The notes beneath the pieces were generated by a model. That model searched no databases. It was not told the DNA's origin and was given only the letters and a program-made list of their open reading frames with translations. 59,020 bases of DNA, from positions 13,655,432 through 13,714,451 of the forward strand of contig NC_068998.1 in assembly GCF_001194135.2 (NCBI RefSeq). The letters are read 5' to 3'. Shown piece after piece: positions 1 through 10,860 of the stretch. Origin of the DNA: Octopus bimaculoides. Taxonomy: Eukaryota. Positions within the stretch are counted from its first letter, which is position 1. Each line of letters opens with the position of its first letter. A program made the position numbers and the translations under genes.

Positions 1-61
<61 letters not shown>

Positions 62-431
62 AGCTTATTATAGAAATGTTTCATTTCTAGTTATTCAGCT
101 CCTATACCTTTATATTATTTTGCTTCTGTTTGATATTTGCAACTTACATTTGAGGTTTATTATTTACAATGTCTAATGGAATTTTTTGCTTAATTTGATT
201 AAAGTAATTTCAGACAAGCCTCATCTGACAAAACTAAAACAATATATATTGCCAAGATCCACATTCACAACTGCATAGAATTATTTTTATCAAATTAATC
301 GAAAAATTCCATTAGAATTGTAAAATCATAATAAATAGTAAAATTCAACAAATATGTGCTAAAATAAAACAAAATGAAAAACAAAATGTTATAAAGTTAT
401 AGTTGAAAATATAAAGAAATAACATTCTATA

Positions 432-509
<78 letters not shown>

Positions 510-530
510 CACATACACACACACATATTT

Positions 531-673
531 ATCATCATCATCATTGTTTAATGTCCATTTTTCATACTGGCATGGATTAGATGGCTTGACAGGAGCTGGT
601 CAGAGAGCAGGCCAAACTGTTTGTTTTGGCATGGTCTCTATGACTGGATGCCTTTTCTAATGTCAACCACTCT
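531..673 (-). mobile_element. Decayed RTE-LINE 3'-end copy with (GAT)n tail
   Basis: CATCATCATCATTGTTTAATGTCC...CTGGATGCCTTTTCTAATGTCAACCAC is a diverged reverse complement of the tail at 52203-52378, which lies downstream of the RTE ORF. Confidence 0.75.
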
Positions 674-839
674 GTGTATGTGTATGTGTGTGTGTGTGCA
701 CGTGTCTGTATGTGTGTGTGTGTGTGTATCCGTGTATATTAATGTACACTCAAAGTTGAACCGATTCAGAGTTTCTTGTTTCTGATCTCCAGTAAACTTA
801 GAGATTGTTAATGAGAAACTCTGAGTACTGACAGACAGG

Positions 840-921
<82 letters not shown>

Positions 922-1167
922 TTGCAGACACTCACACACATTGTATATATGTATGTCTGTGATGGTAAGAATTGTTTCACAGAGAGCAAGAAAGATATGA
1001 AAAGAATCATGAATATGAGAAAGTAACAAGATAAATGCTTTCACTGTGTTGTAACCATCCAGAAATGAAAAATCAATGGATCCCTGTTGTTTTACTTTGA
1101 TCACAACATATTTTATCTCTCTCCAGTTTTAGAAATCAACCTTGCCTTGAGTTTATGTAGAACTGCA

Positions 1168-1565
1168 ATCATCATCATCATTTAGTGTTTGTTTCCTATG
1201 CTGGCATGGGTTAGACAATTTGATTGGGACTGCTAAGCCAGAGAGCTGTATTAGGTTCCAGTTTGATTTGACTCGGCTTCTACAGCTGGATGCTCTTCCT
1301 AACACCAACCACACCAAGAGTGTAGTGGGATGCTTTTATGTGCCACCAGCATGGGTACTTTTTACATGTCACCAGCACTGGCCACAACAATGATTTCACT
1401 TGGCTTGACAAGTTTTCTCAAGCACAGCAAATCATCAAATGTCTCAATCACTCGTCTTTGCCTCTGTGAAATGCAACATCTAAAGATCATTTTTCACCAC
1501 CTCATCTCACGTCTTCTTGGGGTCTACCTCTTTCACAGGTTTCCTCCACAGTAAGAGATCAGCAC
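1168..1565 (-). mobile_element. RTE-LINE 3'-end copy, older and longer
   Basis: (CAT)n followed by CTACAGCTGGATGCTCTTCCTAACACCAACCAC and GTGCCACCAGCA units; same family as 19017, 28479, 30972 and 35945. Confidence 0.75.
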
Positions 1566-1932
1566 TTCAAACCTACTTATTTTATATCTGTGCGTTTATT
1601 TCAGACAAACTATAATAAAAATAGCTTTGATGACAATATTATCAGTAAATCTTATGTCATACAACTATTGTTCAACAGTAATGCAAAAGTAGGCATAACA
1701 CTTTTATTATTTTATTTCCAGATCATTCTAATCAAACATGTTCGTAGAGTAACTCATCTATACAAAGGTTTTGCTCAACGCAGTCTCCACCACAAGCAGT
1801 GCATTTGCATTATCAATGAAGCTGACTTTCAAATCCTCTTTAAAAAATTCCTGGTGTGCACTTTTGTGTGTTTAGCTCTTTACAGTCACTTTCACCTCAT
1901 CTCTATCATCGAATCCTGTCACAGATTCCAGT

Positions 1933-2150
1933 CCTGTGTGTGTCTCAGTCACCCTGAGAGCTATATCGGCAGAGCACACGCTCTTTGTAGGGCATCTCAT
2001 ACTCAACAGGTCAAAGGATAGAGGTCTGACTGGTATGGATCATATCTTTCCATTGGTGAAAATGGGTTTGTGTTAAGGCCAACACCCCTACCTATAAAAA
2101 AGCAAAAGTTACAGAAGAATCGATAACAATTCAAAACCAACAAGAGCTGC
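1933..2150 (+). mobile_element. Dispersed repeat, probably a decayed RTE-LINE 5' UTR fragment
   Basis: Directly alignable with 37091-37305 (TCAAAGGATAG.GG.C.GACT..TATGGATCA...CACCCCTACC...AATTCAAAACCAACAAGA). The RTE 5' UTR assignment is from recalled similarity only. Confidence 0.55.
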
Positions 2151-2357
2151 AAGTGGAGAGAAGCAGAACAGAGGCAGCCCAGAGTTGGAAACAAAGGAGA
2201 GACGTCATCATTGGTCTATAATTCGATAGGGAGCAAAGTGGGACTTATGTATGTATCATCAACCTATTATCTTCAAAAACTGGTCTTCGTTGGACCATAT
2301 ATGTTATTTGGACATTTAACCGTTCAGTATTCAGATTGCTCCATCAAATTGTATTCT

Positions 2358-2675
2358 GGCACTCTGCCGAATACGACAACAAGAGTTGATCCGATCAATG
2401 GAACAACCTGGTTGTGAAACTAATGTGCAAGTGACTGAGCAATCCACAGACACGTGTACCCCTAATGTAGTTCTCAGGGAGATTTAGCATGACACAGAAT
2501 GTAACAAGGCTGGCCCTTTGAAATACAGGTATTACTCATTTTTGCCAGCTGAGTGAACTGAAGCAACATGAAATAAAGTGTTTTGCTCAATGATAAAATA
2601 CATCACCGGGAATGAAACTCACAACCTTACAGTGTGAATCTAATACTGTAGCCACTAAGCCACACACTTTCACTC
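2358..2675 (-). mobile_element. tRNA-derived SINE, family C
   Basis: Reverse complement aligns with 18228-18548. It has a tRNA-like head with A/B boxes (GGCTTAGTGG...GAGTTTCATTCCC) and a central TTGAGCAA.ACACTTTATTTCA...CAGTTCACTCAGCTGGCAAAAATGAGT block. Confidence 0.8.
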
Positions 2676-2679
2676 ATCA

Positions 2680-2875
2680 AATGCAATGATTATTTATTCA
2701 CGTAATTTTGAATTAATCATACAGTATCTCATAGCTTTGCGATTTCAATTATGTCTTTTTATTTTTAGTATGGCTTTATAGGGTAGGTGTGAGAGACCAG
2801 ATCTGGCCATTTTGAACAAACAAAAGGAAGAATATTTAGGTCAGATATAGCTAGTTTAAATGCTAAAGGGTTAAG
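2680..2875. mobile_element. Partial piggyBac-type MITE (right end)
   Basis: Ends in GCTAAAGGG-TTAA, the same terminus type as 31769-31997; the left end is not recognisable next to the SINE. Confidence 0.55.
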
Positions 2876-3881
2876 GTGAGCTTGCTGCATAAGTTTTTCT
2901 TTTTCTCTATTATAACCGCCCCCCCGATACTTGTTTTACATCCTCCATTTTCTTTTGGCTTCTCTCATACTGTCTTTTTCTCTTACATTCTTTCTCTCTC
3001 TCTTACCATAACTCTTTATCAGCTTGTAACTTTCTCCCATCAAAGACACACACACACTTTCTGTCTGTTATTCTGTTTATAATATCAGAACCCCATAAAG
3101 ATATTACCAAGATAAAGATATTTTCTTTTACTGTTGTCAATTCATAAAATTCAATTTTTTGGTGATTAACTTGGCTAACAAGTAACATATGTTGTAATTT
3201 AGTTGTAGATTTAAATAGTAAATGATGAAATATAAAATGTTAAATGATGTAACATGAAATGTTTATTAAATATCATTTTCCATAACATATGTGGAATATC
3301 TAATGTGTTTTGGAAAGTGTTTTGGGGAAACTTAATGAGTTTATAAAACAAATGAATAAAAACAAAAGAAAAGTAAAACAGAGAATAAAATGCACATTTT
3401 TTTAAAATTACACTGATTTTTGACAAGCTAATGAAAATAAATTACTTAGTCATATTAAGATAAATTATTTATACTGCTAACACCTGCTGTAAAAAACAGA
3501 CAAAGATAACATAAAATTACAGGTAATGTAGAAAACAGCAATTGTACCGGTTGGTAATATAAAATAAATACATGTTTGTGATTATATATTATGATTTTTA
3601 CTAAAATCACGTATGAGTATGATATTTTAACTGTTATGGTGTATGTATAACATAAATCAGTCTTTATTATGAAACCTCTTTGTTTTGAATTCCATTGGTC
3701 TACTTTGAGGGAAGTTTTAAAGACCCCCACCCCACCCTCCGGATGAAATGGTTTAAAATGCATTGAACATTAATTTTTCTATAAGGTAACTAAACAAACA
3801 CTTGATAAACTATGTAATAAGGAACTGGTTTCTGAAAACTGCTTTCTTTACATGATCTCAAAGCATTTTCCTTTTTTTTTT

Positions 3882-3922
<41 letters not shown>

Positions 3923-4030
3923 TGAGAAAGTTGGTATGTGAAAGCACGTGGTTGGATATGACTTCTGGACAAAACCTTGAATCATTGACTTTTTGAAGCT
4001 AGAAATAATGTATAAAATTGAATTCCTACT

Positions 4031-4062
<32 letters not shown>

Positions 4063-5049
4063 CCATCAAATTACATTAGTCAAACAACATTTTTTTCTGA
4101 GAAATGTAGATCTGTTTCTCCTCTCAAAACACTGTTAAAAAGTCAGTTTTGATCTCAAGTGATTTAGGCAAATTTATGTAATGCAAGTTATTTAGAAAGG
4201 AAAGCTCTGATGTATTCTATGAGATTTTATACTGCGTTAGTAGTGGAATCCTGTTTAATACTTCGTTGTAATAAAATCCAATAGAAATGTCAATAAATAT
4301 TAAAAGAACTTTTTATGTTATTTTCAGTGATGAGATGCAGAAAGAAAATACTGGGACCTTAAAAAGTCAGTAGTTCCAATGAAAGCATACAAAACTAAGA
4401 GACACAAAGCTCTATTATACATGAGCAAAATGAGAGAAGTCATGTCTATTCAACAATAAAAGTATAGTACTTGCAGTTTCCATTGGTGATTCGATTCATT
4501 AAGAAGTTACAAATCACTTTTATATTATACATAATATAAAGCAAAGATGTAGCAATCCACTGTTGAACATATTATTCATGAGCAAAATAAAGAAATTCAA
4601 TGATGAAAGCATTCGTATATAGACATCAGGGGATTTGAAATTATTGTAAAAAGGGAAAGATGCTCACATCTGCCTGCTTTTCCTCTCCATTCCTCTTTTC
4701 TTTATTCTCCCCCACTGTCTTTTACTCTCACTCACCCACAATGTCTCTTTTTGTCACCCAACAAAGCACACTCTCCCAAGTAAAGGAGGAAGACATAATG
4801 AAAGAAAAGAACATGCCAGACATCCACTTAATTAGTTAGTAATAATGGAAAGAAAATGACAAGACTGCAAGATCAAAGAAAATAAGCCAATTACAGATAA
4901 GGCATCTTTCATCTCTCATGGCTGATACACTTCATTATTAAATACAGAACTCTTTAATTTTATAAGCAACATAAGGATAAAGGATCCAATAGTCTGAATA
5001 TCTTCTTCATGCTTGAAGGTTTTTGGTTGTGCCACTGACTTATTTGTAT

Positions 5050-5225
5050 TGCCCTGCTAACTTCCCACTGAAAGGGTATTCTATCATGTTTGTCAGCTGA
5101 GTGAGGTGGAGCAATATAACATAAAGTGTCATGCCTAAGGACACAATGCACTTCCCAGACCTGGGATCAAACTTGCAACCTTATGAATGACAACCTAGTT
5201 GCTTAAACACTAAGCCAGGTGTCTT
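5050..5225 (-). mobile_element. Decayed tRNA-derived SINE, family C
   Basis: GTCAGCTGAGTGAGGTGGAGCAATATAACATAAAGTG...GGATCAAAC...CACTAAGCC matches 2358, 8915 and 45690. Confidence 0.7.
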
Positions 5226-5262
5226 ATCATTATGTGTATTGCATCTTACAATTACATATCAT

Positions 5263-5390
<128 letters not shown>

Positions 5391-5539
5391 ATATGTAATT
5401 ATAAAATCTAAGGATCTAGGTGTAGGAAGTTAGTAAGCTTCAAGTGGTCCATGGTAGGTATAAAAACTATTTTCAGGAACAATAATAGTTTATTGGCATA
5501 GAAGGTTGTAGATGTTTCTCATTAAAGTTCACTAAACTG

Positions 5540-5611
5540 CACCAGTCCTCAGTCAAATCGTCCAACCCAGGCTAGCATGGAAAGCGGACGTTAAACGATG
5601 ATGATGATGAT
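5540..5611 (+). mobile_element. Young RTE-LINE extreme 3' end, about 70 bp
   Basis: CACCAGTCCTCAGTCAAATCGTCCAACCCAGGCTAGCATGGAAAGCGGACGTTAAACGATGATGAT, about one mismatch to 52308-52378. Confidence 0.9.
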
Positions 5612-5641
5612 AGTTAGCAACTAAGGTTACTATGAATGTGA

Positions 5642-5965
5642 ATAATATTCCAGATTGAGGGAATGGAACAGGTAAAATCCAAGCTACTTATGTTTCCTTG
5701 CTAGCAGAACCTTGGAAGTAATAATTACTCAAGGAGTACTCCACTATCTACTCATCAGGCTGAAGATATCTTTGAATTATATCTCTGGTGAGTTAACTTG
5801 GGATTCCTTAAGGACTATGTAACCTTCATTTAACTAAGGTATCTTCAGCCAATGAATAGATAGTGGAGCACCCCTCATTGAGTAATTATTACTTCTGAGG
5901 TTCTACTAGCTGGGAAACATATGTAACCTGGATTTTACCTGCTTCATTCTCTCAATTCGGATTAT
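5642..5965. mobile_element. Foldback (MITE-like) element with ~135 bp imperfect inverted arms
   Basis: Left arm GATTGAGGGAATGGAACAGGTAAAATCC...GCTGAAGATATC matches the reverse complement of the right arm GTATCTTCAGCC...GGATTTTACCTGCTTCATTCTCTCAATT; centre near CCTTAAGG (5806-5813). Confidence 0.8.
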
Positions 5966-6811
5966 ATCTATATATAGGGAGAATTCACAAAAAAAAAAAA
6001 AAAGATGAAGACAGGTGGTGTAGACAACAAACAGATGTATTAGTTTAACACTCAAGAAGTGAAAAAGTCTTTAACGTTTCAAGCCTACACTCTTCCACAG
6101 AAAGGAACACAGAAAGAAACAAGGAGAGAAAATAAAGAATGTGTAGTGGCTAGCGATCTATCATATATATATATATATGTATATAGGTTTGTATATCTGT
6201 ATGTGTATGCTTAAGTGTTTATGCATGCAGTGAATACTTTACTGTAGCCAGATATATGTAGGTTTGTATTTGTGTGTGTATATGTATGTGTACCTACATG
6301 CTGGAGGCTTTCTGTTTACCACTTAGCTTTTGTTTACTGTCTCCCATTAAGAGAGAAACTTCAATTCATTAGGAATTTCCGTATGTTATTCAGTGCACCA
6401 CCTCTTAACTAATTATCATGTGGTCATCAATGTCTTTTCTAAAACATCTGTTATCTTATTGTATGTTTACTATGCTCTCAAAATTTATTTTATGTAAAAA
6501 CAAAAAAACAAAAAATGACTAGAGTAAAAATAATAAGCAATATTTAATTTCATAAATAACACTCACTTTTTTGTCACTGCTATATACCACTAGTTCATAA
6601 TTTCTTTTATTTCATTATTAGATACTTTCATTCTTTAAAACATAATTAGGACTTTGCCTTTTATTAATTGTCTATAATTAGTTTAAAAGATAAATAAACA
6701 TTACATAATGCTACAGATTATTAAATATTGTTTATTTATTGTGCACATAAAAGGAACTCATAAAGTTCTAATTATGTCTTGACCCTTATATTTCAGAAAT
6801 CACATATCCTT

Positions 6812-7018
6812 TTCTACTCTAGGCACGAGGCCTGAAATTTTTGGGGGAGGGGGCCAGTCAATTAGATAATCCCAGTATGCAAGTGGTACTTAATTTATCA
6901 ACCTCCAAAAGGATGAAAGGCAAAGTCGACCTTGGCAGAATTTGAACTCAGAACGTAAAGACAGACGAAATACCGGTAAGCATTTCGCCCGGTGTGCTAA
7001 TGTTTCTGCCAGCTCGCC
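6812..7018 (-). mobile_element. tRNA-derived SINE, family A (Deu/Nin-like central domain), tail type b
   Basis: Reverse complement reads GGCGAGCTGGCAGAAACATTAGCAC...GAGTTCAAATTCTGCC...GCCTTTCATCCTTTTGGAGGTTGATAAATTAAGTACC; aligns with 28797, 37551, 49324 and 52940. The domain name is recalled, not searched. Confidence 0.85.
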
Positions 7019-7384
7019 ACCTTAGAAATCCCATCTATCCCCTCAAAATGCTATTACTCTTAACTGCAGCAAGCAGTTCTATATACCTGTCTATCTTTTG
7101 TTGAGAAATATTATGTTTCAAACTTTTTTTTTTTTCCGTCGAGATATGTCAAGTTTACTCGGGCAATGTGAGTTGCTGAAAATACCAATTCTATTTTTTG
7201 ATAGATATTTAACACCCTTACTGGAATAAACATGGAGATTAGTTTTATAGTGACAGGGTTAAAGAGTGAGAAAGAAAATCTGAAGAATTGAGAAGCAGAA
7301 CTTAAGCTTTTTTTTTTTTGATTATTTGAAAATTGACAAAAACATTTGTAATTGAACAAAAGAACAAATTCCTTTATCATATAT

Positions 7385-7610
7385 CTTTTACCTTTTACTT
7401 GTTTCAGTTATTAGACTGTGGCCATGCTGGAGCACCACCTTGAAGAATTTTTAACTGAATGAATCAACCCCAGTTCTTTTTTTTTTATTAAGCCTGGTAC
7501 TTATTTTATCAGTCTCGTTTGCCAAACTGCTAAATTATGGAGACATAAATATACCAACACTGGGGGTGAAATAATGGTGGGAAGGGATAGCAAACACACA
7601 CACACACACA
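7385..7610 (-). mobile_element. SINE family B, 3' half
   Basis: TTTTACTTGTTTCAGTTATTAGACTGTGGCCATGCTGGAGCACC is the reverse complement of the tails at 22870-22925 and 56420-56475. Confidence 0.8.
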
Positions 7611-7649
7611 ATATATATATAAATAAATAAATAAATATATATATACATA

Positions 7650-7798
7650 CATCATCATCATCATCGTTTAACGTCCGCTTTCCATGCTAGCATGGGTTGG
7701 ACGATTTGACTGAGGACTGGTGCAACCAGATGGCTACACCAGGCTCCAATCTAATTTGGCAGAGTTTCTACAGCTGGATGCCCTTCCTAACGCCAACC
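7650..7798 (-). mobile_element. Young RTE-LINE 3'-end copy
   Basis: Near-identical to the reverse complement of 52230-52378. Confidence 0.9.
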
Positions 7799-8914
7799 GA
7801 GACTAGTTTCTTTCAGTTTCCATATACCAACTCCACACTAATTTCTTTCACTTATTGTCCTATATTCCACTGACAAAGTTTAGAAAAGCTTCTAGATTTT
7901 CTTTTGAAATTCCTGTTGAGAAATCAAATCAATGCCTATATAGGCATTCAACTAAGAGTGACCACTTCATTTCACCCTGGCAATTGCATATTCCTTTTAA
8001 AAGAAATTCACTGCCATCATTATGATTGATATTATTCATTATCAACATGAAATTTGATGGCATAGTTAAAAAATTTCATGAGTTAACATTTATTGATAGT
8101 ATTCAATAAATAAAGTGGAAAGCATTTAATAATGAAAGCTTTAACAATGGATGTACATAATGGTGAATATCTTATAGAATGGAAGTATTCAGTTAAAAAA
8201 CTTTCACTTTTTATACATTGATTCTTAAGGTCTGACTAAAGAAAAATTTCAAAAACTAAAATAAAGCAACATACAATAAAATACGAGGTCCATAGAATAC
8301 AACAGAGACTTTTATATTATATATATAAAAGCAACCAGAAGTAAAACGATAGAAAATAAGAATCTATTTTTGACAATGGCTGCAGGTGGTATTAGTGCAA
8401 GAGAGAACTGTCAGTTGGTTTTGCTGGACAGCTTGGCAAGGAGATGACATCTGTTTGATTTCTTCTCTTTGAAAATTCAGTTTGGTTGCATTCTGGAATG
8501 TTTAATCAGTTGTTTAAAGAACCATGATAGAATGGAATATCTGATGAATCACCATCTATGTGTCATGTTATAAGTAAATAACTCGTGAAAGGCAATTTTA
8601 CTCTGGCATTCATCCTGAGATACCATCTCTTGTTGATGTGCTGTGGTTAAAAATAATATGTATATCAGAAACAAGAAATATATTCTACTTTAACCCATTC
8701 TGTCATATATTTGCCCCTCTTTTATGCCTTCTCTCCAACCATAAAGTTGTCTACTCAGGGTCAATGATTTTGTAAATGTCATGGCAGCCTTTAGTGCTAG
8801 CAGGAAAAGAATATACTGCTGGTTAAATGGCATTTGGAAAAGCATCCAGCCATAGAAATTATGCCAAGGTAAATGTAAGTAAAGCTACCTTCTCATGTCC
8901 TGCCAGCTCCTAAG

Positions 8915-9128
8915 GGCTGGTTTCCCAGTTTCATGGCATATAAGTTCCCCACCTGGATGGGACGCCAGTCCATTGTGGGATTACTCATTTTTGTCAGCTG
9001 AGTGTAACTGGAGCAATGTGAAATGAAGTGCTTTGCTCAAGAACGTAATGTGTCAACCAGGCCAGGAATTGAAAGCACAACCTTATGATCATAAGTCCAA
9101 CACCCTAACTACTAGGTCATGTGCCTCT
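8915..9128 (-). mobile_element. tRNA-derived SINE, family C variant, apparently nested in an old RTE tail
   Basis: Carries the TTACTCATTTTTGTCAGCTGAGTGTAACTGGAGCAATGTGAAATGAAGTGCTTTGCTCAAG block. RTE-tail remnants lie on both sides (~8830-8870 and ~9175-9242). Confidence 0.7.
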
Positions 9129-9275
9129 ACAAAGTATTCCCAGGCAGACATAGGAATAATGATGCAGATGCTGGGCCCATCAGGTCTTGTCAAACTATCC
9201 AACATATGCTAGCATGGAAAATGGATTCATTATGATGATGACAAGTGTGTAATTGATAGAAGTGTGTGTGTGCAT

Positions 9276-9277
<2 letters not shown>

Positions 9278-9306
<29 letters not shown>

Positions 9307-9344
9307 GAACAGACAGACAGACGAACAGACAGACAAACAGACGA

Positions 9345-9375
<31 letters not shown>

Positions 9376-9735
9376 AGGAGTCGTTTGAGACATGTATCAA
9401 TGTAAACAGCTTTAGGCGTTCTGTGACTTTTGATAATACTTTATGATACAGTAATAATAAGTATACATTTTCAAGTGCACCTAACCATATTATTCACACA
9501 AGTGAATAGATTGGTAGTTAGGTAGATAGACAGTGAGGAAGATAGTGAGAGAGAGAGAGAGGGAAAGAGAAGTAGGTAGATAAATAGACAGACAGACAGG
9601 CAGATAGATAGGTTTGTAGGTAGGCAGGTAGGTAGGTAGACAGATAGATAGATTGACAGACAGACAGACAGACATAGATAGATAGATAAACAGACAGGCA
9701 GGCAAACAGACAGAAAGAAAGATAGACATACAGTC

Positions 9736-9788
<53 letters not shown>

Positions 9789-9845
9789 GGCAGACAGACA
9801 GACAGGCAGACAGATAGGCAGGCAGGCAGATGGATGGACGGACGG
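9278..9845. repeat. Compound GACA/GATA/GGCA tetranucleotide microsatellite region
   Basis: Visible in sequence; interrupted by unique DNA at about 9378-9520. Confidence 0.9.
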
Positions 9846-9914
9846 ACCCTAGCTTTACCAGCTCTGGTTAAACAATCCAAGCCATACCAGCATCAAATGA
9901 TGATGATGAGGTGT

Positions 9915-10088
9915 ATGTGTGTGTGAACAAGTTTCCTGCAGTTTCCATTTATCAAATCAACTCACAAGGTTTTGGTCAGACTAATGCTATCATAGAAAAC
10001 GCTTGCCCATGGTGCCATGCAATGGGAATGAACCCCAAAATCACATGGCTCAGGCACAAAACTTTTAACCATACAGCCATACTCATGC
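9915..10088 (-). mobile_element. Decayed SINE family B, 5' half (CORE-like box)
   Basis: Reverse complement gives a GGCTGTATGGTTAAAAG head and GGCACCATGGGCAAGCGTTTTCT, resembling the CORE-SINE CCTTGGGCAAGT box. Confidence 0.7.
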
Positions 10089-10713
10089 CTTAGCAGTGAA
10101 ATTACAGTGATAAATGAAACTATTTCACTATATTAAATACTATAACATGCATTCAGATTGAAGAAGCACAGGAGAAAATTATATTTAGCTATTAGAAACA
10201 TCACTTTATACTGCTGTACTTCAGAAATGCAAATTATAAGACTCATGAATAAGTAAATATTAAAAATACATGTATTTATGATCAATTTAACATGAAATAG
10301 AACTTTTCTTAGTTTCATAATAGATATCTCTCTTGTATATGAAGCAGAAATTATGCTGAGTATTTCTAGCCTTCCTTGCATGTATAATATGAAAAGAAAC
10401 TAGTATTAGTACATTGTTCTATACAGTATAATATTTTAATACATTTAAATATAGATAATAAGATGCTTTCACTTTCATGTGAAGCCTTTAAGTTTTGTTT
10501 AAGTTTTCACTTTTGCCACGGTGAAGTGAGGGGTTAACTTTGCATTAACTGCACCAGGAAGTTTCATAAAAGCATATTAGCACTTCATGTTTCACCTGTG
10601 TAGAAAGTGAAATAAACATCAGAGCAGTTTCCATTTTATATATGCAAATATATCATGATTCTAAATTTTAAAAATTCAAAATCTGAAAGACTTTTGGCTC
10701 CAAACATTTCGGC

Positions 10714-10860
10714 TTAAGCCCTTTTTATATCGTCCCACTGGAGACTGTCCCTGGTTTTATGATACAAAACTTTCTGTTTTGAAGGGATTTACATAAAAAC
10801 CTTCCTTCAAAATTTCATGTTAATTTGTTCCAAAGATCAACTTAATAATGACAAAGTTGG
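10714..10860. mobile_element. Partial piggyBac-type MITE related to 31769-31997, opposite orientation
   Basis: TTAAGCCCTTTT start, with ATACAAAACTTTCTGTTTT...AAAACCTTCCTTCAAAATTTCATGTTAATTTGTTCC resembling the reverse complement of the 31769 element. Confidence 0.55.

Noticed and set aside
1590-2021. 143-aa plus-strand ORF and two acceptors at 1604 and 1721
   Set aside because: No recognisable domain, the 3' part runs into the repeat above, and the possible spliced product is short and unsupported.
2003-2092. Apparent minus-strand terminal exon (acceptor TTTTTTATAG, peptide GRGVGLNTNPFSPMERYDPYQSDLYPLTC*) with a PY-NLS-like RYDPY
   Set aside because: The exon and its supposed intron both belong to a dispersed repeat with a second copy at 37091-37305, where the acceptor AG and frame are not kept.
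8549-8640. Minus-strand acceptor opening HQQEMVSQDECQSKIAFHELFTYNMTHRW*; similar short stop-ending candidates near 3487, 10595 and 33520
   Set aside because: I considered a set of alternative terminal exons, but no upstream constant exon or homology was found, and such signals are common in AT-rich DNA.
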